Shown here in pieces: positions 13,017 through 26,369 of a stretch of 64,000 bases of DNA. The stretch is from Eledone cirrhosa (taxonomy: Eukaryota), in NCBI GenBank assembly GCA_964016885.1, contig CAXHJY010001439.1:1-64000 (forward strand). Direction: 5' to 3'. The notes under the pieces were generated by a model, which worked only from the letters and a program-made list of their open reading frames with translations, was not told the origin of the DNA and did no database searches. The position numbers and the translations under genes are program-made. Position 1 is the first letter of the stretch. Every line of letters begins with the position of its first letter.

Positions 13017-13535
13017 GGCAGCAACATGGCTGAATAATTTAAGGGATTAATTTCACTGTGTTTTGGGTCCCGGGTTTGATCTCACGGTTTTCTTAGGCGA
13101 AAGTCATTTACTATAGTCTCGGGTCGTAGCTGTACGCCTAATTTCAAAGGGTCAGCCTTGTTATACACTGCGTATGGACCTGAATCTCCCTGAGAATTAC
13201 GCCAAGGGTACACGTGTCTGTGGAATGCTGAGTCACCAAGAATGTAATACAAGGTGGACTGTACCTGTAATTCAAGGGGCCAGCCTTGTTACCCACTGTG
13301 TAGGGCTGAATTTGCCTGAGAATTACAAGGGTACATACGGCTCTGTGGAAAGATCAGTCATTTTCACTAAAATACAAGATGGACTGTACCTTTAATTCAA
13401 AGGGTCAGCTTAGTTAGACACTGTACAGTGCTGAATCTCCCTGAGAACTAGGTCATGCGTATAGGTGTCTGTGGACTGCTCAGCCACCAACAATATAATA
13501 CAGGAGGAACTGAAACTGTTAATTCAAAGGGCCAT
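13017..13535 (+). mobile_element. Degenerate SINE-like head followed by about 3 tandem copies of a 125-bp body unit
   Basis: ATTCAAAGGG.CAGCCTTGTT...CTGAATCTCCCTGAGAA recurs at about 13141, 13269 and 13394, with a partial copy at 13521. A/B-box-like sequence lies at 13027-13082. Confidence 0.55.
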
Positions 13536-13554
13536 CACCATGGCCATCGACCTA

Positions 13555-14340
13555 CACCACAACCACCAGCAACATCACCACCCCACCGACATCACCACCC
13601 CCACCATCATCATCACCCCACCGACATCACTCCCCCCCCTCACCACCCCGCCAACATCACCCCCACACCAATATCACCCCCCCCCCCCCCCACATCACCC
13701 CCCCCCCCCCCCGACATCACCCCCCCCCCCCCCCACCAACATCACCACCCCACTGACATCATCACCTAACAACACCAACACCACCACCCACCAACATCAC
13801 CACCCCACCGACATCACCACCCCACCAACATCACCACCCCACCGACACCACCACCTCACCGACATCACCACCCCACCAACATCACCACCCCACCGACATC
13901 ACAACCCCACCGACACCACCACCCCACCGACACCACCACCCCACCGACATCACCACCGCACCAACACCACCACCCACCAACATCACCCCCCCGCAACACC
14001 ACCACCCCACTGACCCCTCCCCCCTCCCCCACCATCACCACCCCGCCAACATCACCCCCCACACCAATATCACCACCACCCCACCAACATCACCCCTCCC
14101 CCTCCCCCCACAACCCCCTCCCCCACCAACATCGCCACCCCACCAACACCACCACCCCACCACCACCACCACCCTTACCACCCACAGCTTGAAATCTTGA
14201 AAGTAAATCTTCCATCACCACCATCGACACTTCCACCACCACCGTATGGCCAGCATCATAACATCATCATCACCGCCACCATCATCATATCACCCCCCCC
14301 CCTCATCACCAACATCATCAACATCAGCTTCATCACCATC
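13555..14340. repeat. C/A-rich degenerate minisatellite (CACCACCCCACCGACAT-like)
   Basis: Visible directly in the sequence. Confidence 0.85.
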
Positions 14341-14366
14341 ACCATAGTATCATCATCATCTCATTA

Positions 14367-17300
14367 GTGATGGTGTTGGTGGTAGTGGAGGTGATGGTGG
14401 GGGTGTTGTTGGTGGTAGTGGAGGTGGGAGTGATGGTTGAGGCGGGAGTGGTGGTGATAGTTGAGGTGGTATTACTGATGATCGAGGTGGTAGTGGTGGT
14501 GATGGTTGAGGTGGTAGTGGTGGTGATGGTTGAGGTGGTAGTGGTGGTGATGGTTGAGGTGGTAGTGGTGGTGATGGTTGAGGCGGGAGTGGTGGTGATG
14601 GTTGAGGTGGTAGTGGTGGTGATGGTGGAGGTGGTATTAGTGATGGTCGAGGTGGTAGTGGTGGTGATGGTTGAGGCGGGAGTGGTGTTGATGGTCGAGG
14701 TGGTAGTGGTGGTGATGGTTGAGGTGGTAGTGGTGGTGATGGTTGAGGTGGTAGTGGTGGTGATGGTTGAGGTGGTAGTGGTGTTGATGGTTGAGGTGGT
14801 AGTGGTGGTGATGGTCGAGGTGGTAGTGGTGGTGATGGTTGAGGCGGGAGTGGTGTTGATGGTCGAGGTGGTAGTGGTGGTGATGGTTGAGGTGGTAGTG
14901 GGGTTGATGGTGGAGGTGGTAGTGGTGGTGATGGTCGAGGTGGTAGTGGTGTTGATGGTTGAGGTGGTAGTGGTGGTGATGGTCGAGGTGGTAGTGGTGG
15001 TGATGGTTGAGGCGGGAGTGGTGTTGATGGTCGAGGTGGTAGTGGTGGTGATGGTTGAGGTGGTAGTGGGGTTGATGGTTGAGGTGGTAGTGGTGGTGAT
15101 GGTTGAGGTGGTAGTGGTGTTGATGGTTGAGGTGGTAGTGGTGGTGATGGTCGAGGTGGTAGTGGTGGTGATGGTTGAGGCGGGAGTGGTGTTGATGGTC
15201 GAGGTGGTAGTGGTGGTGATGGTTGAGGTGGTAGTGGGGTTGATGGTGGAGGTGGTAGTGGTGGTGATGGTCGAGGTGGTAGTGGTGGTGATGGTCGAGG
15301 TGGTAGTGGTGGTGATGGTTGAGGTGGTAGTGGTGTTGATGGTGGAGGTGGTATTAGTGATGGTCGAGGTGGTAGTGGTGGTGATGGTTGAGGTGGTAGT
15401 GGTGGTGATGGTTGAGGTGGTAGTGGTGTTGATGGTTGAGGTGGTAGTGGTGGTGATGGTGGAGGTGGTATTAGTGATGGTGGAGGTGGTAGTGGTGGTG
15501 ATGGTTGAGGTGGTAGTGGTGTTGATGGTCGAGGTGGTAGTGGTGGTGATGGTTGAGGTGGTAGTGGTGGTGATGGTTGAGGTGGTAGTGGTGGTGATGG
15601 TTGAGGTGGTAGTGGTGTTGATGGTTGAGGTGGTGGTGATGGTTGAGGTGGTAGTGGTGTTGATGGTGGAGGTGGTATTAGTGATGGTCGAGGTGGTAGT
15701 GGTGGTGATGGTCGAGGTGGTAGTGGTGGTGATGGTTGAGGTGGTAGTGGTGGTGATGGTCGTGGTGGTAGTGGTGTTGATGGTGGAGGTGGTATTAGTG
15801 ATGGTCGAGGTGGTAGTGGTGGTGATGGTTGAGGTGGTATTAGTGATGGTCGAGGTGGTAGTGGTGTTGATGGTTGAGGTGGTAGTGGTGTTGATGGTTG
15901 AGGTGGTAGTGGTGGTGATGGTTGAGGTGGTAGTGGTGGTGATGGTTGAGGTGGTAGTGGTGGTGATGGTTGAGGTGGTAGTGGTGTTGATGGTTGAGGT
16001 GGTAGTGGTGGTGATGGTCGAGGTGGTAGTGGTGTTGATGGTGGAGGTGGTATTAGTGATGGTCGAGGTGGTAGTGGTGTTGATGGTTGAGGTGGTAGTG
16101 GTGGTGATGGTTGAGGTGGTAGTGGTGTTGATGGTTGAGGCGGGAGTGGTGTTGATGGTGGAGGTGGTAGTGGTGGTGATGGTTGAGGCGGGAGTGGTGT
16201 TGATGGTGGAGGTGGTAGTGGTGGTGATGGTTGAGGCGGGAGTGGTGTTGATGGTGGAGGTGGTAGTGGTGGTGATGGTGGAGGTGGTATTAGTGATGGT
16301 CGAGGTGGTAGTGGTGGTGATGGTTGAGGTGGTAGTGGTGGTGATGGTTGAGGTGGTAGTGGTGGTGATGGTGGAGGTGGTATTAGTGATGGTCGAGGTG
16401 GTAGTGGTGTTGATGGTTGAGGTGATGGTTGAGGTGGTAGTGGTGTTGATGGTTGAGGCGGGAGTGGTGTTGATGGTGGAGGTGGTAGTGGTGGTGATGG
16501 TTGAGGCGGGAGTGGTGTTGATGGTTGAGGTGGTAGTGGTGGTGATGGTTGAGGTGGTAGTGGTGGTGATGGTTGAGGTGGTAGTGGTGTTGATGGTGGA
16601 GGTGGTATTAGTCATGGTCGAGGTGGTAGTGGTGGTGATGGTTGAGGTGGTAGTGGTGGTGATGGTTGAGGTGGTAGTGGTGGTGATGGTTGAGGTGGTA
16701 GTGGTGTTGATGGTGGAGGTGGTATTAGTGATGGTTGAGGTGGTAGTGGTGGTGATGGTTGAGGCGGGAGTGGTGTTGATGGTGGAGGTGGTAGTGGTGG
16801 TGATGGTTGAGGTGGTAGTGGTGTTGATGGTTGAGGCGGGAGTGGTGTTGATGGTGGAGGTGGTAGTGGTGTTGATGGTCGAGGTGGTAGTGGTGGTGAT
16901 GGTCGAGGTGGTAGTGGTGGTGATGGTTGAGGCGGGAGTGGTGTTGATGGTGGAGGTGGTAGTGGTGGTGATGGTTGAAGTGGTAGTGGTGTTGATGGTG
17001 GAGGTGGTAGTGGTGGTGATGGTGGAGGTGGTATTAGTGATGGTCGAGGTGGTAGTGGCGGTGATGGTTGAGGCGGGAGTGGTGTTGATGGTGGAGGTGG
17101 TAGTGGTGGTGATGGTTGAGGCGGGAGTGGTGTTGATGGTGGAGGTGGTAGTGGTGGTGATGGTAGAGGTGGTATTAGTGATGGTCGAGGTGGTAGTGGT
17201 GGTGATGGTTGAGGTGGTAGTGGTGTTGATGGTCGAGGTGGTAGTGGCGGTGATTGTTGAGGTGGTATTAGTGATGGTGGAGGTGGTAGTGGTGGTGATG

Positions 17301-20300
17301 GTTGAGGTGGTAGTGGTGGTGATGGTTGAGGTGGTAGTGGTGGTGATGGTTGAGGTGGTAGTGGTGTTGATGGTTGAGGTGGTATTAGTGATGGTGGAGG
17401 TGGTAGTGGTGGTGATGGTTGAGGTGGTAGTGGTGTTGATGGTTGAGGTGGTAGTGGTGGTGATGGTTGAGGTGGTAGTGGTGGTGATGGTTGAGGTGGT
17501 AGTGGTGTTGATGGTGGAGGTGGTATTAGTCATGGTCGAGGTGGTAGTGGTGGTGATGGTTGAGGTGGTAGTGGTGGTGATGGTTGAGGTGGTAGTGGTG
17601 GTGATGGTTGAGGTGGTAGTGGTGTTGATGGTGGAGGTGGTATTAGTGATGGTTGAGGTGGTAGTGGTGGTGATGGTTGAGGCGGGAGTGGTGTTGATGG
17701 TGGAGGTGGTAGTGGTGGTGATGGTTGAGGTGGTAGTGGTGTTGATGGTTGAGGCGGGAGTGGTGTTGATGGTGGAGGTGGTAGTGGTGTTGATGGTCGA
17801 GGTGGTTGTGGTGGTGATGGTCGAGGTGGTAGTGGTGGTGATGGTTGAGGCGGGAGTGGTGTTGATGGTGGAGGTGGTAGTGGTGGTGATGGTTGAGGTG
17901 GTAGTGGTGTTGATGGTGGAGGTGGTAGTGGTGGTGATGGTGGAGGTGGTATTAGTGATGGTCGAGGTGGTAGTGGCGGTGATGGTTGAGGCGGGAGTGG
18001 TGTTGATGGTAGTGGTGGTGATGGTTGAGGCGGGAGTGGTGTTGATGGTGGAGGTGGTAGTGGTGGTGATGGTAGAGGTGGTATTAGTGATGGTCGAGGT
18101 GGTAGTGGTGGTGATGGTTGAGGTGGTAGTGGTGGTGATGGTTGAGGTGGTAGTGGTGTTGATGGTGGAGGTGGTAGTGGTGTTGATGGTTGAGGTGGTA
18201 GTGGTGTTGATGGTCGAGGTGGTAGTGGCGGTGATTGTTGAGGTGGTATTAGTGATGGTGGAGGTGGTAGTGGTGGTGATGGTTGAGGTGGTAGTGGTGG
18301 TGATGGTTGAGGTGGTAGTGGTGGTGATGGTTGAGGTGGTAGTGGTGTTGATGGTTGAGGTGGTATTAGTGATGGTGGAGGTGGTAGTGGTGGTGATGGT
18401 TGAGGTGGTAGTGGTGTTGATGGTGGAGGTGGTATTAGTGATGGTCGAGGTGGTAGTGGTGGTGATGGTTGAGGTGGTAGTGGTGGTGATGGTTGAGGCG
18501 GGAGTGGTGGTGATGGTCGAGGTGGTAGTGGTGGTGATGGTTGAGGTGGTAGTGGTAGTGATGGTTGAGGCGGGAGTGGTGGTGATGGTCGAGGTGGTAG
18601 TGGTGGTGATGGTTGAGGTGGTAGTGGTGGTGATGGTTGAGGTGGTAGTGGTGGTGATGGTTGAGGTGGTAGTGGTAGTGATGGTTGAGGCGGGAGTGGT
18701 GGTGATGGTCGAGGTGGTAGTGGTGTTGATGGTGGAGGTGGTATTAGTGATGGTCGAGGTGGTAGTGGTGTTGATGGTCGAGGTGGTAGTGGTGGTGATG
18801 GTTGAGGTGGTAGTGGTAGTGATGGTTGAGGCGGGAGTTGTGGTGATGGTCGAGGTGGTAGTGGTGTTGATGGTGGAGGTGGTATTAGTGATGGTCGAGG
18901 TGGTAGTGGTGGTGATGGTCGAGGTGGTAGTGGTGGTGATGGTTGAGGTGGTAGTGGTAGTGATGGTTGAGGTGGTAGTGGGGTTGATGGTGGAGGTGGT
19001 AGTGGTGGTGATGGTTGAGGTGCTAGTGGTGTTGATGGTGGAGGTGGTAGTGGTGGTGATGGTTGAGGTGGTAGTGGTAGTGATGGTTGAGGTGGTAGTG
19101 GTGGTGATGGTTGAGGTGGTAGTGGTGGTGATGGTTGAGGTGGTAGTGGTGGTGATGGTTGAGGTGGTAGTGGTGTTGATGGTGGAGGTGGTATTAGTGA
19201 TGGTCGAGGTGGTAGTGGTGTTGATGGTTGAGGTGGTAGTGGTGGTGATGGTCGAGGTGGTAGTGGTGGTGATGGTGGAGGTGGTAGTGGTGGTGATGGT
19301 TGAGGTGGTAGTGGTGGTGATGGTGGAGGTGGTATTAGTGATGGTCGAGGTGGTAGTGGTGTTGATGGTTGAGGTGGTAGTGGTGGTGATGGTCGAGGTG
19401 GTAGTGGTGTTGATGGTTGAGGTGGTAGTGGTGGTGATGGTCGAGGTGGTAGTGGTGGTGATGGTTGAGGTGGTAGTGGTGTTGATGGTGGAGGTGGTAT
19501 TAGTGATGGTGGAGGTGGTAGTGGTGTTGATGGTTGAGGTGGTAGTGGTGGTGATGGTTGAGGTGGTAGTGGTGGTGATGGTGGAGGTGGTATTAGTGAT
19601 GGTCCAGGTGGTAGTGGTGGTGATGGTCGAGGTGGTAGTGGCGGTGATTGTTGAGGTGGTATTAGTGATGGTCGAGGTGGTAGTGGTGTTGATGGTTGAG
19701 GTGGTAGTGGTGGTGATGGTTGAGGTGGTAGTGGTGGTGATGGTTGAGGTGGTAGTGGTGGTGATGGTCGAGGTGGTAGTGGCGGTGATTGTTGAGGTGG
19801 TAGTGGTGGTGATGGTTGAGGTGGTAGTGGTGGTGATGGTTGAGGTGGTAGTGGTGTTGATGGTTGAGGTGGTAGTGGTGGTGATGGTTGAGGTAGTAGT
19901 GGTGTTGATGGTTGAGGTGGTAGTGGTGGTGATGGTTGAGGTGGTAGTGGTGGTGATGGTTGAGGTGGTAGTGGTGTTGATGGTTGAGGTGGTAGTGGTG
20001 GTGATGGTTGAGGTGGTAGTGGTGTTGATGGTTGAGGTGGTAGTGGTGGTGATGGTTGAGGTGGTAGTGGTGTTGATGGTGGAGGTGGTATTAGTGATGG
20101 TGGAGGTGTTAGTGGTGGTGATGGTTGAGGTGGTATTAGTGATGGTTGAGGTGGTAGTGGTGGTGATGGTCAAGGTGGTAGTGGTAGTGACGGTTGAGGT
20201 GGTAGTGGTGGTGATGGTGGAGGTGGTATTAGTGATGGTCGAGGTGGTAGTGGTGTTGATGGTGGAGGTGGTAGTGGTGGTGATGGTTGAGGTGGTATTA

Positions 20301-23190
20301 GTGATGGTGGAGGTGGTAGTGGTGGTGATGGTTGAGGTGGTAGTGGTGGTGATTCTTGAGGTGGTAGTGGTAGTGATGGTTGAGGTGGTAGTGGGGTTGA
20401 TGGTGGAGGTGGTAGTGGTGGTGATGGTTGAGGTGGTAGTGGTGTTGATGGTGGAGGTGGTAGTGGTGGTGATGGTTGAGGCGGTAGTGGTGGTGATGGT
20501 TGAGGTGGTAGTGGTGTTGATGGTCGAGGTGGTAGTGGTGGTGATGGTTGAGGCGGTAGTGGTGGTGATGGTCGTAGTGGTGTTGATGGTCGAGGTGGTA
20601 GTGGTGGTGATGGTCGAGGTGGTAGTGGTGGTGATGGTTGAGGCGGTAGTGGTGGTGATGGTCGTAGTGGTGTTGATGGTCGAGGTGGTAGTGGTGGTGA
20701 TGGTCGAGGTGGTAGTGGTGGTGATGGTTGAGGTGGTAGTGGTGTTGATGGTGGAGGTGGTATTGGTGGTGATGGTTGAGGTGGTAGTGGTAGTGATGGT
20801 TGAGGTGGTAGTGGTGGTGATGGTTGAGGTGGTAGTGGTGGTGATGGTTGAGGTGGTAGTGGTGGTGATGGTTGAGGTGGTAGTGGTGTTGATGGTGGAG
20901 GTGGTATTAGTGATGGTCGAGGTGGTAGTGGTGTTGATGGTTGAGGTGGTAGTGGTGGTGATGGTCGAGGTGGTAGTGGTGGTGATGGTGGAGGTGGTAG
21001 TGGTGGTGATGGTTGAGGTGGTAGTGGTGGTGATGGTGGAGGTGGTATTAGTGATGGTCGAGGTGGTAGTGGTGTTGATGGTTGAGGTGGTAGTGGTGGT
21101 GATGGTCGAGGTGGTAGTGGTGTTGATGGTTGAGGTGGTAGTGGTGGTGATGGTCGAGGTGGTAGTGGTGGTGATGGTTGAGGTGGTAGTGGTGTTGATG
21201 GTGGAGGTGGTATTAGTGATGGTGGAGGTGGTAGTGGTGTTGATGGTTGAGGTGGTAGTGGTGGTGATGGTTGAGGTGGTAGTGGTGGTGATGGTGGAGG
21301 TGGTATTAGTGATGGTCCAGGTGGTAGTGGTGGTGATGGTCGAGGTGGTAGTGGCGGTGATTGTTGAGGTGGTATTAGTGATGGTCGAGGTGGTAGTGGT
21401 GTTGATGGTTGAGGTGGTAGTGGTGGTGATGGTTGAGGTGGTAGTGGTGGTGATGGTTGAGGTGGTAGTGGTGGTGATGGTCGAGGTGGTAGTGGCGGTG
21501 ATTGTTGAGGTGGTAGTGGTGGTGATGGTTGAGGTGGTAGTGGTGGTGATGGTTGAGGTGGTAGTGGTGTTGATGGTTGAGGTGGTAGTGGTGGTGATGG
21601 TTGAGGTGGTAGTGGTGGTGATGGTTGAGGTGGTAGTGGTGGTGATGGTTGAGGTGGTAGTGGTGTTGATGGTTGAGGTGGTAGTGGTGGTGATGGTTGA
21701 GGTGGTAGTGGTGTTGATGGTTGAGGTGGTAGTGGTGGTGATGGTTGAGGTGGTAGTGGTGTTGATGGTGGAGGTGGTATTAGTGATGGTGGAGGTGGTA
21801 GTGGTGGTGATGGTTGAGGTGGTATTAGTGATGGTTGAGGTGGTAGTGGTGGTGATGGTCAAGGTGGTAGTGGTAGTGACGGTTGAGGTGGTAGTGGTGG
21901 TGATGGTGGAGGTGGTATTAGTGATGGTCGAGGTGGTAGTGGTGTTGATGGTGGAGGTGGTAGTGGTGGTGATGGTTGAGGTGGTATTAGTGATGGTGGA
22001 GGTGGTAGTGGTGGTGATGGTTGAGGTGGTAGTGGTGGTGATGGTTGAGGTGGTAGTGGTAGTGATGGTTGAGGTGGTAGTGGGGTTGATGGTGGAGGTG
22101 GTAGTGGTGGTGATGGTTGAGGTGGTAGTGGTGTTGATGGTGGAGGTGGTAGTGGTGGTGATGGTTGAGGCGGTAGTGGTGGTGATGGTTGAGGTGGTAG
22201 TGGTGTTGATGGTCGAGGTGGTAGTGGTGGTGATGGTTGAGGCGGTAGTGGTGGTGATGGTCGTAGTGGTGTTGATGGTCGAGGTGGTAGTGGTGGTGAT
22301 GGTCGAGGTGGTAGTGGTGGTGATGGTTGAGGCGGTAGTGGTGGTGATGGTCGTAGTGGTGTTGATGGTCGAGGTGGTAGTGGTGGTGATGGTTGAGGTG
22401 GTAGTGGTGTTGATGGTCGAGGTGGTAGTGGTGGTGATGGTTGAGGCGGGAGTGGTGGTGATGGTTGAGGTGGTAGTGGTGGTGATGGTTGAGGTGGTAG
22501 TGGTGGTGATGGTCGAGGTGGTAGTGGTGGTGATGGTCGCAGTGGTGGTGTTGGTCGAGGTGGTAGTGGTGTTGATGGTTGAGGTGGTAGTGGTGTTGAT
22601 GGTCGAGGTGGTAGTGGTGGTGATGGTCGTAGTGGTGGTGATGGTCGAGGTGGTAGTGGTGGTGATGGTTGAGGTGGTAGTGGTGTTGATGGTCGAGGTG
22701 GTAGTGGTGGTGATGGTCGTAGTGGTGGTGATGGTCGAGGTGGTAGTGGTGGTGATGGTCGAGGTGGTATTAGTGATGGTCGAGGCGGTAGTGGTGGTGA
22801 TGGTTGAGGTGGTAGTGGTGGTGATGGTCGAGGTGGTAGTGGTGGTGATGGTCGAGGTGGTATTAGTGATGGTCGAGGTGGTAGTGGTGGTGATGGTCGA
22901 GGTGGTAGTGGTAGTGGTGGAGGTGGTAGTGGTGGTGATGGTTGAGGTGGTAGTGGTGGTGATGGTCGAGGTAGTAGTGGTAGTGGTGGTGATGGTCGAG
23001 GTGGTAGTGGTGGTGATGGTCGAGGTGGTAGTGGTAGTGGTGGTGATGGTCGAGGTGGTAGTGGTGGAGGTGGTAGTGGTAGTGGTGGAGGTGGTAGTGG
23101 TATTAGTGATGGTGTTGGTGGTATTAGTGATTGTGTTGGTGGTTGTGGTAGTGGTGGTGATGGTGGTAGTTATGCTGGAGGTGGTAGTGT
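14367..23190. repeat. 8.8-kb minisatellite: 24-bp unit GAGGTGGTAGTGGTGGTGATGGTN with 21-bp variants; open frame on both strands
   Basis: The minus strand reads ([23 protein letters not shown])n and the plus strand reads (MVEVVVVV)n. Confidence 0.95.
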
Positions 23191-23597
23191 GTGTGTGTGG
23201 GATTCACTCCATAGAAAATGTTGCTTGAAAATGTTGCCTGAAATTGTTGCCAATATCGATTCAGGCAATTTATTTTTTCTATTAAATTCAGGAAAATTTC
23301 TATGGAATTACTGAAAGGCAGGTTTTTATTGCACATTTTAGTGTTGTTGTTGTTAGTGGTGTGGTGGTGTTGGGTGTAGTAGTGTTGGCATAGTGGTTGT
23401 AGGTAGTTGTGTTAGTGGGTGTAGTGGTGTTGTAGATGTTGGTGAGGTGTTGATGGTGTGTTAGTGGTGACGGTGGGGTTTTTCTTTACGGCACGTGGAA
23501 CATCATCAGTAGCATCAGCAACAACAACAGAATAACGGTAGTGGAAGTGATGGTGATGGTGGAGGTGGTGTTAGTGATGGTGAGAGATAAATAGATA

Positions 23598-23977
23598 TGT
23601 TTCTTTATTAGCCACAGGGGCACAAAAGAAAGGGACAAATACAAAGGGGGAAGTTTACATACAATAAAAACGTGTAAAATGTTATCACAAATGCAATTTA
23701 AAAAATTAGTCGATTTTCCCCAATAGGGGGAGACATTTCATATGGGTAACACATACCCCCGAAAAAAAATGTGCAACCCTCATCTCCAGGAGTACGAAGA
23801 GTTTGTACTCCTTTCCTCTCCTCCTCCTTTTCCTCAACCTACAGGTTGATATAGAGAGAAGGCCCATTCACTCGGGCCATTCTCGCCACTTTCACCTTTC
23901 ATAAAACTTGCTGGGGTACAGCACCTCTCTCTCCATCCTGATTCTTCTTCCAAAGTGGTATTTGAAAAAAAGAATCA
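23598..23977 (-). mobile_element. 5'-truncated non-LTR retrotransposon 3' end (L1/Tx1-like) with a 22-bp TSD
   Basis: GATGGTGAGAGATAAATAGATA at 23576-23597 and 23978-23999. The minus strand encodes LILFFKYHFGRRIRMEREVLYPSKFYER, with AATAAA near the 3' end. The clade call is from recalled similarity only. Confidence 0.7.
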
Positions 23978-24087
23978 GATGGTGAGAGATAAATAGATAG
24001 ATAGATTTATAGAGACGAGGAAGCAAGAAATTGGAGTCAGTGATAGAAAAAGAGGGCATGTGTGTGTGTGTGTGTGTGTGTGTGTAT

Positions 24088-24266
24088 CCCCGAGAGAGAA
24101 AAGTACTCAATACTGAAGTAAGGTTTATATATTCACTTTATTAAGGGTAAATAGTTTGTCTTGATACCCTGGAGTTTCCCCCTGTTTATCACAGGGTTAT
24201 CAAACCCCTGAGAATAGGCGAAAGTCCAGAGTAACAAGACTCACTATTTAGCCTTAATAAAAGGTG
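24088..24266 (-). mobile_element. Diverged fold-back PLE-type fragment with tail
   Basis: Imperfect inverted arms centred at about 24199; tail motif GTACTCAA at 24103-24110. Confidence 0.55.
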
Positions 24267-24284
24267 TGTGTATATATATATATT

Positions 24285-24329
<45 letters not shown>

Positions 24330-24335
<6 letters not shown>

Positions 24336-26068
24336 ATATTTTGGGAGGGTCATGTTGCCAATAAGAAACACACGCACCAGTTGCTTTCACTTCAATTTAT
24401 TATAATAAATTTATAAATTTAGGAATTTATAAATTTCCGATTGGTTGGTTGGTTCCACAACCAGATGATTGTTTATATATTGTCAAAGTTCTTTCGTCAC
24501 ACATTCTGTGACCTCTTCAGTGACTGGGGATTCTTTTGTTTTTTTTGTTTTTTGTGCCTCTCCTTTGTTCTGTCATACGCCATCTTGTTTTTGTGTGTGT
24601 GTTGTGTGCTTAGTTTGCGCATGTGTTACACCCCAACCATCGATTACCTGTACTAGACACAGAGCTCTGGTTAGATACCATTAATAACAAAAAAACAAAT
24701 CCTCCATTCCCATTATGCCAAACCCATGACTTCCAAATATCTGATCCACCGAAACTCAGCTGTTTCGGACCATATCAAAATCAACATACTGATTGCTGAT
24801 TTGGTACGGGTGATGAAAAACGTGTCCTGCATGTGCAACCCCGAAGATCTAGAGATACACATACAACACTTCATCCATCGTATGCAGTTCTCTGGTTACA
24901 ATCAGAGAGATAAAATCAGAGTGTATAGAGGAGCCAGAACCAAATGGGAAAAAATGGTAAATAATGACACAAATGGGACCTGCCCCTTGTATAGGAGCAA
25001 ATTTTGGAATAGAATAGAAAGAACTAGGAATAAGGCTAATAGAATAAACTCATGGTATGATAGCAATAAATACCAGAGTGTAATGTTCATCGATACAACC
25101 CCTAGAGGTGAATTAGCTTACACATTTAGAAGGGCCCTAGATAAACATAAACTCCATATTAAGATAGTAGAAAGACCAGGTACCTCCATAAAAACACTTA
25201 TTAGCAAGACATACCCTTTTCAAAGACCTCCCTGTATAGATAAGAAATGTATAATCTGTAAATTAAGCCCCCATATTAACTGTAAAACTAGAAATGTAGT
25301 ATATAGCATAAGATGTACTGAAGGACAATGTAGAGATAAAAATATAGTGTACATAGGTGAGACAGCTCGTAGTATAGGGGAACGGATAAATGAACACTGG
25401 TGAAACCTTCAAGATAGTAAAGAATCATCTGTACTCTACCAACATGCTAAAATAGAACATAAGGGTAAATTAGAGAACATAGAAATAAAAATAGAATCTA
25501 CACACAGAAAAGACGCAATGTTAGACAAATCACAGAGGCAATAAACATAAATGAATTACAACCAAAATTAATATAGAAAACATGAGTGGAACAGCAAAAT
25601 CACAACTTACAATTAAGGACAAAATGAAAACACACACACACATAGAACAAAACAAACAACCAACCAGTAACATGTAAATAAACAAATAAATAAACGAATA
25701 TAAACACACACAGACACCCGGATGTAACACATGCGCAAACTAAGCACAACACACACACAAAAACAAGATGGCGTAGGACAGAACAAAGGAGAGAAACAAA
25801 GAAAAGAATCCCCAGTCACTGAAGAGGTCACAGAATGTGTGACGAAAGAACTTTGACAATATATAAACAACCATCTGGTTGTGGAACCAACCAACCAACC
25901 GGAAATTTATAAATTCCTAAATTTATAAATTTATTATAATAAATTGAAGTGAAACAACTGGTGCGTGTGTTTCTTATTGGCAACATGACCCTCCCAAAGT
26001 ATAACAATATCGGTTTCAACACACGTTTTCAGATAAAGAATCTTGCTAAACAAATTCAGAAACGAAAT
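24330..26068 (+). mobile_element. Penelope-like element family A, 5'-truncated, with an inverted 5' arm
   Basis: 24331-24628 is the reverse complement of about 25722-26008. It has an RT C-terminal/GIY-YIG coding remnant, hammerheads at 25815-25857(+) and 24482-24524(-), and (TA)n flanks. Confidence 0.9.
24627..25615 (+). pseudogene. PLE RT C-terminal region, Cys-rich linker and GIY-YIG endonuclease (disrupted)
   Basis: RLPVLDTELW..YAKPM..RMQFSGY..CIDKKCIIC..NVVYSIRC..YIGETARSIGERINEH. In-frame TGA at 25401-25403 and later frameshifts. Confidence 0.85.
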
Positions 26069-26369
26069 ATATATATATATATTTATATATAAATATATAT
26101 ATATATAGGAGGAGGTTATAGTTCACTTGAAGCATTGTGTAATGAGGTATAAACGTTAGAATATGTGTAATAAGGCCAAGACAATGCAGATATGGACATA
26201 GAAAAAAGAATGCAATAGTGAGAGATATTGATGAGAATTCGTCTTTCACCTTGAATTTATTTAAATGTCCTTAATTTTCGAGATAATATCTCTTCTTCGG
26301 AGGGAAGTAAAAGTCTCAGACCAGCGTCTTAAATTTCCAATGAAGCCATGCTCATATATATATATATAT

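Noticed and set aside
14367-23228. 2953-aa Val/Met/Glu plus-strand ORF as a membrane protein
   Set aside because: It is the mirror frame of a (GGT)n-derived minisatellite with an implausible composition.
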